The translations under genes were made by a program, and so were the position numbers. A stretch of 64,000 nucleotides of DNA, from the NCBI GenBank assembly GCA_965223705.1, contig OZ245015.1:672001-736000 (forward strand). The letters are read 5' to 3'. Under the pieces are notes generated by a model. That model made no database searches. It was not told the DNA's origin and saw nothing but the letters and a program-made list of their open reading frames with translations. This document shows positions 1 through 11,187 of this stretch, piece by piece. Within the stretch, counting starts at the first letter, position 1. Each line of letters starts with the position of its first letter. Source of the DNA: Myxococcota bacterium. GTDB lineage: Bacteria > Myxococcota_A > UBA9160 > UBA6930.

Positions 1-384
1 CTCGGTACGTACGTGCTCTCCGCCGGTTACTACGACGCGTACTACCGCAAAGCGCAACAGGTGAGGACTTTGCTGCGGCGCGACTTCGACGCCGCTTTCG
101 AGGCCTGCGACGTGTTGGCGACGCCGACGACACCGGAAGTCGCGTTCCCGTTCGGAGCGAAGAAGGACCCGCTCACGATGTATCTTTCCGACGTGTTCAC
201 GGTGTCGGCGAACCTGGTCGGCGCGCCCGGCCTCTCGATCCCGTGCGGGCTCGTCGACGGATTGCCGGCCGGGCTCCAGCTACTCGGCCGACCCGGTGAC
301 GATCCCACGCCACTGCGGGTGGCCGCCGCGTTCCAGAAGGTCCGCCCCTTCGAGACCTCGCCGCCGGGGAGGGCGGCCGCGTGA
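1..384 (+). CDS. gatA: Asp/Glu-tRNA amidotransferase subunit A (3' end, partial)
   Basis: Frame 1 reads [15 protein letters not shown]...PTTP...[26 protein letters not shown] (amidase C-terminus); stop overlaps gatB start. Confidence 0.96.
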   Translation, partial: LGTYVLSAGYYDAYYRKAQQVRTLLRRDFDAAFEACDVLATPTTPEVAFPFGAKKDPLTMYLSDVFTVSANLVGAPGLSIPCGLVDGLPAGLQLLGRPGDDPTPLRVAAAFQKVRPFETSPPGRAAA

Positions 385-1859
385 CCGAGCATCCCGACTA
401 CGAAGTGGTGATCGGACTCGAGGTGCACGTTCACCTCGACACCCGATCGAAACTCTTCTCGCCGTGCCCCGTCGAGTACGGGGGAGAACCGAATACGAGC
501 GTTTCGGAGATTTGCTTGGCGCTTCCGGGGACGCTTCCCGTGATCTCCGAGGAAGCGGTGCGCTGTGCCGTCCGGGCCGGGTTCGCGACGCACTGCGAGA
601 TCCATCCTTTCTCGGTATTCGCGCGCAAACACTACTTTTATCCCGACTTGCCGAAGGGCTACCAGATCTCGCAGTTCGAAGAGCCGCTCGCCACGGGCGG
701 CTACGTCGAGATCGAGGGCGCCGACGGGGCGCCCTTGCGGATTCGGCTGACGCGCATCCACATGGAAGAAGACGCCGGCAAGTCGATTCACGACGATGCG
801 ACAGCCGGTTCCGACGCCACGCTCATCGATCTCAATCGGGCGGGCGTGCCGCTGATCGAGATCGTTTCCGAGCCGGATTTGCGATCCCCCGAAGACGCCG
901 CCTCCTACCTGCGGAGTCTCCACCGAACTCTCCGCTACGCCGCGGTGTCCTTGGCCGACATGGAAAAGGGCCAGTTTCGATGCGACGCCAACATCTCGTT
1001 GCGACCGCACGGTGAGAAAGAGTTCGGCACGCGGACCGAGATCAAGAACTTGAATTCGTTCCGTTCCGTCGAGTTCGCACTACACGCCGAGATTCGTCGT
1101 CAGGCCGACTTGCTCGATGCGGGGGAATCGATCGTTCAAGCGACCATGGGCTATGACGCCGAACGCGATCGGACCTTTGTGATGCGGACGAAAGAAAACG
1201 CCGACGACTACCGTTACTTTCCCGATCCGGATCTCATCCCACTGCAGCTTTCCGAGGCGTTCATCGAGGAGATTCGAGCGGCGCTCCCCGAGCTGCCCTC
1301 CGCGCGGCGCGCGCGGTTCGTCGCCGAGTACGGCCTTTCGGAATACGACGCCGAGGTGCTGACCAACAGTCGGGCGCTCGCCGAGCTGTTCGAGCGGACC
1401 CTCGCCGCGAGCGGCGAAGACGCGCCTCTCGAGAAGCGCGCAAAGACAGCCGCAAACTGGATTACACAGGACGTCTTGGCCGCACTCAAGGAGCGCGACC
1501 TCGAGGTCGACAGCAGCGAACTCACGCCCGAGGCCTTGGGTGAGTTGATCCGATTGGTGAGCTCCGGCTCGGTGACGGCGAAGAACGCGCGCGATCTTCT
1601 TCCCGAGCTACTGCTCGAAGGGGGGTCGCCAGAAGCTCTCGTGCGCGAGCGCGGCCTCGCCGCCGTCTCCGATTCCGCGACGTTGTTGCCGATTATCGAT
1701 GCCGTCCTGGCTGAACACGCGGAAGCCGTCGCCAGCTACCGCGAAGGTGAGGCGAAGTCGCTCAATTTTCTGATGGGTCAAGTGATGCGGAAGACCCAAG
1801 GCAAAGCGAACGCGGCCGAGGTGCGCGCGCTACTCGTCGACAAACTCGGCTCGGGTTGA
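381..1859 (+). CDS. gatB: Asp/Glu-tRNA amidotransferase subunit B
   Basis: [48 protein letters not shown] motifs. Confidence 0.98.
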   Translation: MTEHPDYEVVIGLEVHVHLDTRSKLFSPCPVEYGGEPNTSVSEICLALPGTLPVISEEAVRCAVRAGFATHCEIHPFSVFARKHYFYPDLPKGYQISQFEEPLATGGYVEIEGADGAPLRIRLTRIHMEEDAGKSIHDDATAGSDATLIDLNRAGVPLIEIVSEPDLRSPEDAASYLRSLHRTLRYAAVSLADMEKGQFRCDANISLRPHGEKEFGTRTEIKNLNSFRSVEFALHAEIRRQADLLDAGESIVQATMGYDAERDRTFVMRTKENADDYRYFPDPDLIPLQLSEAFIEEIRAALPELPSARRARFVAEYGLSEYDAEVLTNSRALAELFERTLAASGEDAPLEKRAKTAANWITQDVLAALKERDLEVDSSELTPEALGELIRLVSSGSVTAKNARDLLPELLLEGGSPEALVRERGLAAVSDSATLLPIIDAVLAEHAEAVASYREGEAKSLNFLMGQVMRKTQGKANAAEVRALLVDKLGSG

Positions 1860-1884
1860 TCGGCGCGCTGGGGGTGAGGGTTTC

Positions 1885-4038
1885 ATGAAGCGATTATTCC
1901 GAGTGATGCTGGTGCTTTCGGCCGTGCTGGTTCTCGCGCTCGTCGCGGCGGTCGTGTTGCTGCCCAAACTCGCCGAGAGCGAAGAAGTCCGTCGACAATT
2001 GATGGCCGCGGGTTCCGAGGCCACGGGGCGGGACGTCGCGTTCGGCGAGCTCGACGTCGCGTTGTTGCCGCCGGGATTGCGAATGACCGACGCCCGCGTG
2101 TCGGGTGTGGCGGAAAGCGATCCTCCGTTTCTCGAGGCGGCGACAATCGATCTCCGCCTTTCCTGGCTTTCGCTCCTCTCGTTCTCCGTCGTCGTCGATT
2201 CTCTCGTCGTCGAGGGAGCGACCCTTCGTATGGTGCGGGGAGAGGATGGCCTGGTGCTCCCCATCCTCGAGACCGATACAGAGGGCGCATCGCCGACGGA
2301 GGCCCCCTCGGCGTCGGAGGCTCCCGCCGGCAGTGCCGAAGATGAGGCGCTTTCCCTCGCGGTTCGCGATGTGCGGTTGCGCGAGACGCGGGTCATTTTC
2401 GAGGATCAGACGACGGAGCCGCCGGTGCTCGTCGAAGTGTCGAATCTCGCCGGCCACGCGGAAGGCTCCTTGCTCCCGCGACGCCTCGACTTCGATTTCT
2501 CCGGAGGACTCTCGAGCGGAGGAAGCTTGCGACTCCACGGGCACGCCTCGGCGGACGGTGAGGCGGAGGTAAAGGTCGATTTGTCCGACGTTCGAATCGA
2601 TCCCTTCGCCGTCTATGCACCGCCGACGATGGGGGCGCTCGCGGGGAGCCTTTCCGGTGAGGTTGCGATCGAGCACGCGGCACAAAGCGGTGAGGCGGAC
2701 CGACTCGTTTTCGATCTCCGCCTCGATGAAGGGGACGTCGCGCTCGACGATGTGACGATGCGCGGCGCGCTCAAGGCGAGTGGCGTGCTGCGAGATCCTA
2801 CGGGCTCGCCCGCCGGAGACTTCAGCATCGACGCGACGTCGGCGGAGCTCCGCTACGCCGAATCCTTTGCGAAACCGGTGGGCACGCCGGCACGCGCTAC
2901 GGGCAAGCTCGCTGCGGGCAGCGACGGTGTGGTCCGTATCGAGGGCACGAAGCTCAAGGTCGACGCGCTCGAAGCGGATGTCGACGCCGAGGTCGGCGAC
3001 GCGACGGAGGTCGAGATCACCGCGCCGGCTTTTGAGCTCGGCTCCGTCGCGCGTCTTTTCCCCGACGCGACATCGGACAAGAGCGTCTCCGGGAAAGCGG
3101 CGTTTCGCAAGTTTGTGTTCCGACAGACGGGCGACCAGTTCGCGTTTTCAGGTGAAGCCGAACTCGCAAAGCTCGCCATCGCCGGAGGCGACGCGCCACC
3201 GGTCGAAATCTCGGGTGTCTTCGCCGGCTCGGGGAACGCGCTGGCGAGTGAGAACTTGGCGGTCACCGTCGGGAAGCAGGTCCTCCCGCTCGCCCTCAGG
3301 CTCAGCGAACTCGATACGTCGCCCCGTTTCCACGTGTCCGGGAAAGCGCAGGACTTGGACAGTCAAGCGCTCCTCGCGGCCCTTGCGGGCACCGACGACA
3401 AATTGTCAGGACCGCTCGATCTCGATCTCGACTTGCGCGGCCCGCTCTCGGAGGAAGCGCTCGGCGCCATGGGCGGGCGCGTCGCGTTCGAAGTCCGCCC
3501 GGGCCAGCTGCGCGGCGTTTCTCTGCTCGAGTCAGTCGGAGACCAGCTGGGTTTCCTGGGGCAAGCCGCGCTCGCAGTCGGAGAAAAGGAAGGTGGTCGT
3601 TCCCTCAAACGCCTCTACGGCGACGAGTTCGAGGTTCTCTCCGGAAGTTTCGACATCGTCCGCGGTATCGCGCGCACCGAGGATCTTCAGCTCATCTATC
3701 GCGAGTACGACGTGAAGCTCCGCGGTGCGATCGCGCTGGCCGATCTCGGCCTCGACATGAGCGGCACCCTCACGCTGAATGAGGAGGCCAAGGAAGCGCT
3801 CGGGACGGGTGCAGAAGCGAAACCCAAGCGGGTCATTCCCTTGGCGCACGTCGGAGGAACCGCGAACGCTCCGAAAGTGACGGTGCGGGCGGACGACGCG
3901 CTGTCCATCGTTCGTAGCGTTCGCCCCGACAAAGTCGAAAAACTCTCCGACGAAATCGATGAACGATTGGGAGAGGGCGCCGGCAAGCAAGTCCTCGACG
4001 CGCTCGAAGGGTTTCTCGGTGGCGGACGCCGGAACTGA
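1885..4038 (+). CDS. AsmA-family protein
   Basis: N-terminal TM anchor followed by [18 protein letters not shown] and a beta-rich body; C-terminal AsmA-like segment ([17 protein letters not shown]...GGTANAPKV). Confidence 0.75.
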   Translation: MKRLFRVMLVLSAVLVLALVAAVVLLPKLAESEEVRRQLMAAGSEATGRDVAFGELDVALLPPGLRMTDARVSGVAESDPPFLEAATIDLRLSWLSLLSFSVVVDSLVVEGATLRMVRGEDGLVLPILETDTEGASPTEAPSASEAPAGSAEDEALSLAVRDVRLRETRVIFEDQTTEPPVLVEVSNLAGHAEGSLLPRRLDFDFSGGLSSGGSLRLHGHASADGEAEVKVDLSDVRIDPFAVYAPPTMGALAGSLSGEVAIEHAAQSGEADRLVFDLRLDEGDVALDDVTMRGALKASGVLRDPTGSPAGDFSIDATSAELRYAESFAKPVGTPARATGKLAAGSDGVVRIEGTKLKVDALEADVDAEVGDATEVEITAPAFELGSVARLFPDATSDKSVSGKAAFRKFVFRQTGDQFAFSGEAELAKLAIAGGDAPPVEISGVFAGSGNALASENLAVTVGKQVLPLALRLSELDTSPRFHVSGKAQDLDSQALLAALAGTDDKLSGPLDLDLDLRGPLSEEALGAMGGRVAFEVRPGQLRGVSLLESVGDQLGFLGQAALAVGEKEGGRSLKRLYGDEFEVLSGSFDIVRGIARTEDLQLIYREYDVKLRGAIALADLGLDMSGTLTLNEEAKEALGTGAEAKPKRVIPLAHVGGTANAPKVTVRADDALSIVRSVRPDKVEKLSDEIDERLGEGAGKQVLDALEGFLGGGRRN

Positions 4039-5107
4039 CGTCGCCAGAACAGGGAGCGCGCCGAACGACTGGTACACGCTGCGCTGGTCGGGAGACGCCC
4101 TGGAGCTCCTCGACCAACGGGCACTCCCCGACGTCGAACGTTATCTGCGCTTGACCCACGTCGAAGAAGTTGCCGAGGCGATCGAATCCCTGGCAATCCG
4201 CGGCGCCCCGGCGATCGGCTGCGCGGCGGCCTTCGGGCTGGTGTGTGCGGCCAACACGGCGAAGGCCAAAGACCTCGTGGGCCTGCGGGCTGCGCTCGAC
4301 ACCGCACGGGATCGCCTCAACCGCACCCGACCCACAGCGGTGAACCTCGCCTGGGCACTGTCGCGCATGGCGATGGTGTGGTCTCCGCCTCGGACCTACG
4401 ACGGTCCGTCGAAACTCCGGGACGCGCTTCTCGCCGAAGCCCAGGACATTCTTCGCGAAGACGTCGCAGCGTGTCGCGCAATTGGAGCGGCCGCACTTCC
4501 GCTCGTCCCTGACGGGGCGCGCATTCTCACCCACTGCAACGCCGGCGCGTTGGCGACGGCGGGCTACGGCACCGCACTCGGCGTGGTTCGTGCCGCCCAC
4601 GAGGCCGGGCGGAACGTCGTCGTCCTCGCGGATGAGACGCGTCCCTTCCTTCAGGGCGCTCGCTTGACGGCCTGGGAGCTCGCTCGCGACGAGATTCCGG
4701 TCACCGTGGTGACCGACAACATGGCGGGTTACCTGATGCGCGAAGGCGACGTGGATCTCGTCGTCGTCGGCGCCGACCGCATCGCCCGCAACGGCGACGT
4801 TGCGAACAAAATCGGCACGTACGCCGTCGCCGTGCTCGCCCGCGAACACGGCATTCCCTTTTGCGTGGCAGCGCCGTGTTCGACCGTCGACTTGGCGACC
4901 GCGTCGGGAGAATCGATTCCGATCGAGGAACGCGGGCGGGAAGAAGTCGCAACCATCGGCGGCCAGAACATTCTGCCCGCGGGCGTGCCGGTGCGGCATC
5001 CGGCCTTCGACGTCACACCGGCCGCACTCGTCGCCGCGATCGTCACGGAAAAGGGAATCGCGCGACCGCCCTACGAAACGTCCCTCCGCGAGATGATGAG
5101 CAAGTAA
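4019..5107 (+). CDS. mtnA: S-methyl-5-thioribose-1-phosphate isomerase
   Basis: [50 protein letters not shown]. Start placed at GTG 4019 (uncertain). Confidence 0.95.
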   Translation: MADAGTDVARTGSAPNDWYTLRWSGDALELLDQRALPDVERYLRLTHVEEVAEAIESLAIRGAPAIGCAAAFGLVCAANTAKAKDLVGLRAALDTARDRLNRTRPTAVNLAWALSRMAMVWSPPRTYDGPSKLRDALLAEAQDILREDVAACRAIGAAALPLVPDGARILTHCNAGALATAGYGTALGVVRAAHEAGRNVVVLADETRPFLQGARLTAWELARDEIPVTVVTDNMAGYLMREGDVDLVVVGADRIARNGDVANKIGTYAVAVLAREHGIPFCVAAPCSTVDLATASGESIPIEERGREEVATIGGQNILPAGVPVRHPAFDVTPAALVAAIVTEKGIARPPYETSLREMMSK

Positions 5108-5232
5108 GCGGCACGTGGACCGCATCCACGACGCGTCGTTCGGCCGCGTTGCGAGTGAGAGCTGTCACGCTGGCTTCGTTCCCTTCTGGCGATACCTCCC
5201 TCGAGCGACGGGCTCGTTCACAGGAGGTTCCC

Positions 5233-7197
5233 ATGGCGCCGCGCATTCTTCTCGCCGACGACGATCGACACTTTGCCGATATCCTCGCCAAGGCACTTTC
5301 CGCTGCCGGTTATGAAATGAGCGTCTGCTACGACGGCGAACGCGCGGTGTCGATGGCCCGCGAGCAGTCCCCGGAACTCGTGATCCTCGATGTCTTGTTG
5401 CCCCAGCGCGATGGCTTCTCCGCACTGCAGGCGATCCGCGCGGACACGGAAATTGAGCGGCAACCCGCGGCTCTGCTGCTCACCGGTTGCTCTCCGACAG
5501 CTCGCTACAGAACGCGCGCGCACGAACTCGCGGCGGAAGCCCTGCTGACGAAGCCACTTCCGTTGGACGAAATCCAGGCGCGCGTCGCGAAAGCCATCGG
5601 CAGCGGGCCGCCGGTCCAGGCTGGGGGGCGAGGACCGTCGCTCCACGGGGAGCTCGAGAAGACGCCTCTTCCGGCGGTGTTGCACCAACTCCACGGTATG
5701 CGGGCGAGCGGTGTGCTCGTTCTCGAGAACGGTGACGAAAAACGAGGAATCGAGCTCTCGGACGGGCAGCTCTCGTCCGTGCAGTCGAACTTGCGCAGCG
5801 AATGCCTGGGCAACTTGCTCGCCGCCGCGGGCAAGATCAGCTGGGACGTGATGCACGAATCGCTCCGCCGCGTGAAGCAGGGAGAGGGGCTGCAGGGCCA
5901 GATCTTGTTGGCGATGCACATGCTCGACGAGGAAGATCTCGCGCGGGCGCTGCGGCAACAGGCGGACGAGAAGCTCTTTCAGGCCTTCGCCTGGGCCCGA
6001 GGGAGTTATCAGTTCGCGAGCGGAGCGGCTCTCAAAACGAAGAATCGGCTCCGCCTGAAGCGGAGTGTTGCGAACGCCATCATGCAGGGCGTGCGGTCCC
6101 GCACGCCGTTCTCGGTGATCGAACGCTTCTTTTCGGAGAGCGGCCCCGGGTATCTGATCCCCTCGGAGCGTCCGTTCTACCGCTTCCAAGAGATCGATCT
6201 GGCCACCGACGAGGAGCAGCTCTTCGCCGAACTCGCCGACGGGCTCGTCATTCCCGAAGGCCTGCCCCGAGACGAGGCGCTACTTCGAGCGCTCTACGGC
6301 TTCATCGCGACCGAGCTCGTCGAGTTCCGTCGCGGTGTTCCGCCGGCGGCGGCACCGAAGCAGACCGCAGCCGAGGTCGTGCAGCCGACGAAACGCGGCG
6401 CCAGCGAACGCCGCGGTCGGGGGCCCCAGCTGTCCGAGCGGTCGGCCTTCGAAGCGACGCTTCGCGCAGACTTGGCGCGCCTCGCCAAGGAGTTCCACGG
6501 GGCCGACGCATTCGGCGTCCTCGGAGTTCCCGAGCGCACGAACGACGCGGAAGTCCGAGCCGCGTACATCGAGCTGGCGAAGCGCACCCACCCGGACCGA
6601 CTGAACGCCGTCGGCGCGCCGGTGCGCGCTCTGGCCGAAGACGTGTTTGCCCGGGTGTCCGAGGCCTACGAGGCGCTCTCCACCGCGGAGGGCCGCCAGG
6701 AAGTGATTCGGGCTCGGCGCGAGCGTCCCCGAGACGAGGCGGACCTCGACGAAGGTCGGCGCGCGCTCGAGGCCGAGCTGGCGTTCCAAAAGGGGGACGC
6801 CGCGCTCTCCCACAGCCAGTTCGAGAAAGCCGAGGAGTATTTCCGCTCGGCGAGCGAAAGCTATCCCGAGGAAGGCGAATATCTGGCGCACTGGGCGCTC
6901 GCGTCGTACTTGGCGGCTCCGGATGAGGCCGGACGCCTCCAGGAATCGATCGAGATGGCGCTCCAGGCCCGCAGGCTCTCACCGCAGCGGGAGAAGATCT
7001 ACCTGGTACTCGGCAAGCTCTACAAGGCGGCCGATCGCGCGCCCCTGGCGGAGCGCATGTTCGGTCGCGCCGTCGAACTCGATCCGGATTGCCTCGAGGC
7101 CGTGCGCGAACTCCGGCTCCTCGACATGCGGCGAGGACGCAAGCGGTTCGGCAAAGGCCCCGGAATCCTTCGGCGTTTTTGGCGGGGTGCTTCCTAG
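5233..7197 (+). CDS. Response regulator with central DUF4388-like region, DnaJ J-domain and TPRs
   Basis: GGAGG RBS before ATG 5233; REC (ILLADDD...LVILDVLLP...KP); J-domain AFGVLGV...AYIELAKRTHPDR; C-terminal TPR helices. Confidence 0.8.
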   Translation: MAPRILLADDDRHFADILAKALSAAGYEMSVCYDGERAVSMAREQSPELVILDVLLPQRDGFSALQAIRADTEIERQPAALLLTGCSPTARYRTRAHELAAEALLTKPLPLDEIQARVAKAIGSGPPVQAGGRGPSLHGELEKTPLPAVLHQLHGMRASGVLVLENGDEKRGIELSDGQLSSVQSNLRSECLGNLLAAAGKISWDVMHESLRRVKQGEGLQGQILLAMHMLDEEDLARALRQQADEKLFQAFAWARGSYQFASGAALKTKNRLRLKRSVANAIMQGVRSRTPFSVIERFFSESGPGYLIPSERPFYRFQEIDLATDEEQLFAELADGLVIPEGLPRDEALLRALYGFIATELVEFRRGVPPAAAPKQTAAEVVQPTKRGASERRGRGPQLSERSAFEATLRADLARLAKEFHGADAFGVLGVPERTNDAEVRAAYIELAKRTHPDRLNAVGAPVRALAEDVFARVSEAYEALSTAEGRQEVIRARRERPRDEADLDEGRRALEAELAFQKGDAALSHSQFEKAEEYFRSASESYPEEGEYLAHWALASYLAAPDEAGRLQESIEMALQARRLSPQREKIYLVLGKLYKAADRAPLAERMFGRAVELDPDCLEAVRELRLLDMRRGRKRFGKGPGILRRFWRGAS

Positions 7198-7276
7198 GGT
7201 CAGCAAGCTCGCTACTCTTCCTCTTCTGCGTTGCGGCAGCACCGTCGCAGCAGCACCTAGGGCCGGGAGAGTGACG

Positions 7277-8197
7277 ATGACGGAGATTCGGGGCGAAAAG
7301 ATCTGGCTCGACGGGGAGATGGTCGACTGGGACGACGCCAACGTCCACATCCTGACCCACACCCTTCACTACGGGCTCGGTGTATTCGAAGGCATCCGCT
7401 GCTACCGGACCGACGACAACCGTTCGGCCGTGTTCCGCCTTCCCGAACACACGCGCCGGCTTTTTCAATCGGCGCATATCAACTTGATGGAGATCCCGTT
7501 CGACGAGGCGACCGTTTCGGCGGCGGTCCTCGAGACGCTCCGAGCGAACGGGCTGGCGGAAGGATACGTCCGACCCATCGCGTTTCTCGGAAGCGGTGCG
7601 ATGGGGCTCTATCCCGCGGACAACCCGGTGCGACTCGGCATCATCGCGTGGCCCTGGGGTGCGTACTTGGGAGACGAGGGGCTCGAACGCGGAATCCGCG
7701 CGAAGGTCTCCACGTTTGCCCGCCATCACGTGAACGCAAAACTCACCAAAGGGAAGACCTGCGGCGACTACGTCAACTCGATCCTGGCGAAACGCGAAGC
7801 GGTCCTCGACGGTTACGACGAAGCGATCATGCTCGACACGCAGGGGCTGGTTTCCGAAGCGTCTGGCGAGAACATCTTCATCGTTCGCAACGGTGAGATC
7901 CGAACACCACAGCTCCCGACGATCCTCGACGGCATCACCCGTGCGGCCATCATCGAGATGGCGAAGGACAAGAGCATCCCGGTGGTCGAAACGCCGATCA
8001 CGCGGGATGAACTCTACGTCGCGGACGAAGTGTTCCTCACCGGAACCGCTGCCGAGGTGACGCCCATCCGCGAGATCGACCGCCGCACCGTCGGAGTCGG
8101 ACGCCGCGGTCCCATCGCGAAGACGCTGCAAGAGACTTTCTTCAAGGCGGTTTCGGGTTCCGAACCCAAATACGAGAAGTGGCTCACGTACCTGTAG
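7277..8197 (+). CDS. ilvE: Branched-chain amino acid aminotransferase
   Basis: IWLDGEMV, LHYGLGVFEGIR, EASGENIF, LDGITR, EVFLTGTAAEVTPI. Confidence 0.96.
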   Translation: MTEIRGEKIWLDGEMVDWDDANVHILTHTLHYGLGVFEGIRCYRTDDNRSAVFRLPEHTRRLFQSAHINLMEIPFDEATVSAAVLETLRANGLAEGYVRPIAFLGSGAMGLYPADNPVRLGIIAWPWGAYLGDEGLERGIRAKVSTFARHHVNAKLTKGKTCGDYVNSILAKREAVLDGYDEAIMLDTQGLVSEASGENIFIVRNGEIRTPQLPTILDGITRAAIIEMAKDKSIPVVETPITRDELYVADEVFLTGTAAEVTPIREIDRRTVGVGRRGPIAKTLQETFFKAVSGSEPKYEKWLTYL

Positions 8198-8203
8198 CGT
8201 CCG

Positions 8204-8533
8204 CTAATTGATGCGATGCTCGGCGACGTAGCGCCCGGCTTCGAAACTGTCGAAGAACTCCGACAACATCGGATGAGAAACCGGTTGCGGGCGGGGATCT
8301 GCGCGCAAGTGCCGCTCGGCGACGTACGTCATTTGATCGCCGTCGTGGACCAACACGTGGTACCAGGGCGCGTCTTTGGGAGGCCGGGAGCGCGCGACGT
8401 GCTCGTACCAATCGTCCGAGAGTTCGAAGCGCGAATCGACGTCGACAATCACACCGCGGTAGCCAAACCGTTCGTGAACGACGAGTTGGCCCACGGTGAA
8501 CTTCGCGCCGCGATCGGTGTCGCTGGTACCCAT
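8204..8533 (-). CDS. hspQ: Heat shock protein HspQ (YccV-like domain)
   Basis: AKFTVGQLVVHERFGYRGVIVDVD...PWYHVLV...TYVAE, ending RIN. Confidence 0.9.
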   Translation of the reverse strand: MGTSDTDRGAKFTVGQLVVHERFGYRGVIVDVDSRFELSDDWYEHVARSRPPKDAPWYHVLVHDGDQMTYVAERHLRADPRPQPVSHPMLSEFFDSFEAGRYVAEHRIN

Positions 8534-8586
8534 GACCCGAAAGCGTACTCGAGTGTCGGCGCGTCGGCTCGCTTCGGCAAGTCGCC

Positions 8587-9423
8587 GTGAAGATCGTTCT
8601 CAGTCGCAAGGGCTTTGACTCGAGTAGCGGCGGCATGCCGAGTCCGATCTTACCGTCCGGTCAAATCGTTTCGCTGCCGATTCCCGATCCGTCGTCGCCC
8701 GTTCGATACGCCGACCTCGCCGTCGTTCGGGAAAGCATGGGGGACCTCGTCGCGTCCTTGAGTCGCGGGCGCATTCGGGAAAGCGAGGGCGCCCACCTCG
8801 ATCCGGATCTGTCCGCGCGCGTGTGTCCGCGCCCCGAAGGCTTCAGGGGGGCATTCGGACAGTGCGGCGCCGCAGCGAGGCACCTCGAGCGCGAAGGCGT
8901 CGGGCGCGGCGATTTGTTTCTCTTCTTCGGATGGTTCCGCGAGGTGGAACGGACCGCGAAAGGCTTTGCGTTTCGCCGCGGCGCGCCCGATCTACATCTC
9001 TTGTTCGGCTGGTTGCAAGTCGCGAGCGTGCAGCCGGTGGAGGACGTCGAGGATCGGCGCTGTGCGCGGCATCCGCATCACTTCGGCCGGCGTCCCGAGC
9101 CGAACCACCTCTATCTCGCCGCGCGAAAGCTCGACGTGTTGGGCCCCGGTCTCGGCAAGGGCGGGGCTGGTCTGTTCGCGCGCCTCGCTCCCGCACGCGT
9201 GCTGACCGCGGCGGACTCCAAGCGGAGCGAATGGGAACTGCCGTCTTGGTTCAAGCCGCGGAGGGGTCGGTTTCCGCTCACCTATCACGGAGACGCGGCG
9301 CGCTACCGGGTTCGGAACGGCGGGGTCCGGTTGCAGAGCGTCGCGCGCGGACAAGAGTTCGTCCTCGACACGACGCACTACCCCGAAGCGATCGCGTGGG
9401 CGCGATCGATGTTCATGCCCTGA
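8587..9423 (+). CDS. Nmad3-like protein (nucleotide modification-associated domain 3)
   Basis: N-terminal KIVLSRKGFDSSSGGMPSPILP..SLPIP, HLDPDL, GAFGQ, GDLFLFFGWFR and C-terminal RGQEFVL match my recollection of Nmad3. Confidence 0.7.
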   Translation: MKIVLSRKGFDSSSGGMPSPILPSGQIVSLPIPDPSSPVRYADLAVVRESMGDLVASLSRGRIRESEGAHLDPDLSARVCPRPEGFRGAFGQCGAAARHLEREGVGRGDLFLFFGWFREVERTAKGFAFRRGAPDLHLLFGWLQVASVQPVEDVEDRRCARHPHHFGRRPEPNHLYLAARKLDVLGPGLGKGGAGLFARLAPARVLTAADSKRSEWELPSWFKPRRGRFPLTYHGDAARYRVRNGGVRLQSVARGQEFVLDTTHYPEAIAWARSMFMP

Positions 9424-9437
9424 GAGCGCGCGAGGCG

Positions 9438-9734
9438 CTAGTGGCTCGCGATGGGATCGACGAAGACGAAGCGCGCCGGTTCGTGAACGAGGTATTTGTA
9501 GGGAACCCCGATCTCCTTCGGTCGCGAGATCGCCGTCACCCCGGCGGCGGGGATGAACAAGAGGGTGCCGACGCCCAACATGATGAGACCCAAGGGGCGC
9601 ATGACGAGAATGTCCGTCAGCGGTCCCGCGGGCTCGGCCTCGGCCTCTTCAATACTGGTTCTCGCCATCCCGGGCGTCGCCAGCGCGGCGGCGAGCAACA
9701 GGGTCGAGACAAAGCGGAAGATCGATTTCTTCAT
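9438..9734 (-). CDS. Small exported/membrane hypothetical protein
   Basis: Signal peptide MKKSIFRFVSTLLLAAALA followed by DILVMRPLG and a hydrophobic segment. Confidence 0.7.
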   Translation of the reverse strand: MKKSIFRFVSTLLLAAALATPGMARTSIEEAEAEPAGPLTDILVMRPLGLIMLGVGTLLFIPAAGVTAISRPKEIGVPYKYLVHEPARFVFVDPIASH

Positions 9735-9868
9735 GGGTGTTCCCCTCAATCGTGAAACGCTTGTCTCTGTATCGGTCGGCGCGCGTCGAAGATCAACCCC
9801 GCGGTAACCGGCAAAAAACGCTCACGAGCCGGCAACTCCCGGCCCTTCGCTACGCTCCGCGACCGAAG

Positions 9869-10657
9869 ATGGTGAAGCTCCACTCCGAAGTCGTCGGGCA
9901 GGGGACGCCGATGCTCCTCATGCACGGCTTCGCCGGCAGTGCGCGCAATTTTCGACCGCAGGCGCGGGCTTTCGCGGATGCCTTCCGCACGCTGACCTTC
10001 GATGCGCGCGGTCACGGTCGAAGCGAAGCGCCGGAAGACCCCGCAGCGTATTCCGTTGCGCATTTCGTCGAAGACGCCAGGGAGCTGCTCGACCGGAACG
10101 GGATGCAGCAGGCTGTGGTCGGGGGCTTGTCGATGGGCGCCGCGATCGCTTTGTCGTTTGCCCAGCGCTACCCCGAGCGCGTCCACGCACTGGTGCTCGC
10201 CTCGATCCCGGCCGGTCGCGGTTCGAGCGATGGCGTGGCCGCGATCGCCGAAGAGTTCGCCTCGATGATCGAGACGCGCGGGCTCGAGGCCGCGGGCGAA
10301 CGTTTCGTCTGGGGCGAGAAGTCGGGGCTTGATGAGGCGACGCGCCCGTGGGTACGGCAGGGTTTTCTCGAGCACGCGCCCCACGGCCTCGCCCATACAC
10401 TACGTGGTGTAATCGCAGCGATCCCCACCTGGTCGGAGTCGAAGGCCGAACTCGAAGCCATCGCGATACCGGCGCTGGTCGTCGCAGGTGCACTCGATCC
10501 GCCTTCCCGCAGCGCCGGCGAAATCGTGGCCCGCACCTTGCCGAAGGGCCAGTTCGTCTGCATCGAGGACGGCGGTCACGTGGTGAACCTTTCGGCGAGA
10601 GACGCATTCAACGACGCGATGCGCGCCTTCCTCGAGCGATTTGTAGCGACGTCGTAA
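9869..10657 (+). CDS. Alpha/beta hydrolase (MenH/PcaD-like)
   Basis: HGF, DARGHGRS, GLSMG nucleophile elbow, GALD, GGHVVN catalytic His. Confidence 0.88.
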   Translation: MVKLHSEVVGQGTPMLLMHGFAGSARNFRPQARAFADAFRTLTFDARGHGRSEAPEDPAAYSVAHFVEDARELLDRNGMQQAVVGGLSMGAAIALSFAQRYPERVHALVLASIPAGRGSSDGVAAIAEEFASMIETRGLEAAGERFVWGEKSGLDEATRPWVRQGFLEHAPHGLAHTLRGVIAAIPTWSESKAELEAIAIPALVVAGALDPPSRSAGEIVARTLPKGQFVCIEDGGHVVNLSARDAFNDAMRAFLERFVATS

Positions 10658-11187
10658 TGCGCATCGAGCCTCTCGTCAGCGAGGAAGCGCTGCGAGCGCG
10701 GATCGGATCGCTGGTCGACGCTCTGTACCGAGACTTTGCGGATTCGCAACTGACCGTGTTGTGCATCGCGACCGGAGCGCGGCGGTTCGTCGCGGATCTC
10801 GATGCGGGGTTGCGGGCGCGAAACCTGAGGCCGGCTCACACCGAAGTTCGGGTCCACCGCTCCGACGGAACGGAGCTTGGGCCCGTACAGATCGGATCCC
10901 TGGACGCGGAAGCGCTCCGGGATCGCGACGTCTTGATCGTAGACGACATTGTCGACGAAGGTCTGACGCTCCAGGCGGTGATTGAACTGGTCGAGACCAC
11001 CTGCGAAGTGCGCACCATTCGGACCGCGGTCCTCGTCGACAAACGCGAACGACGTCGCGTCGACGTTCCGCTCGACTACGTGGGTTTCCGCGTCGAGCGC
11101 GGCTGGGTCATCGGCTACGGGATGGATCTCGACGGAGCCCACCGCGAGCTCGACTGGATCGGGGTGGCGGTCGACGACCGCTTCTAG
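10657..11187 (+). CDS. hpt: Hypoxanthine phosphoribosyltransferase-like
   Basis: PRPP motif VLIVDDIVDEGLTL; LVDKRERR, DYVGF, WVIGYGMD; TAATG coupling to the upstream gene. Confidence 0.82.
   Translation: MRIEPLVSEEALRARIGSLVDALYRDFADSQLTVLCIATGARRFVADLDAGLRARNLRPAHTEVRVHRSDGTELGPVQIGSLDAEALRDRDVLIVDDIVDEGLTLQAVIELVETTCEVRTIRTAVLVDKRERRRVDVPLDYVGFRVERGWVIGYGMDLDGAHRELDWIGVAVDDRF

Noticed and set aside
5109..5124. Sigma-54-like CGGCACGTGGACCGCA upstream of the REC-DnaJ gene
   Set aside because: Spacing is right but the TT before GC is missing; too weak in GC-rich DNA.
6302..8131. Long antisense and alternate-frame ORFs (also 25211-26710, 42781-44151, 59695-61143)
   Set aside because: They shadow well-supported genes and are expected from high-GC codon bias; no recognisable motifs.
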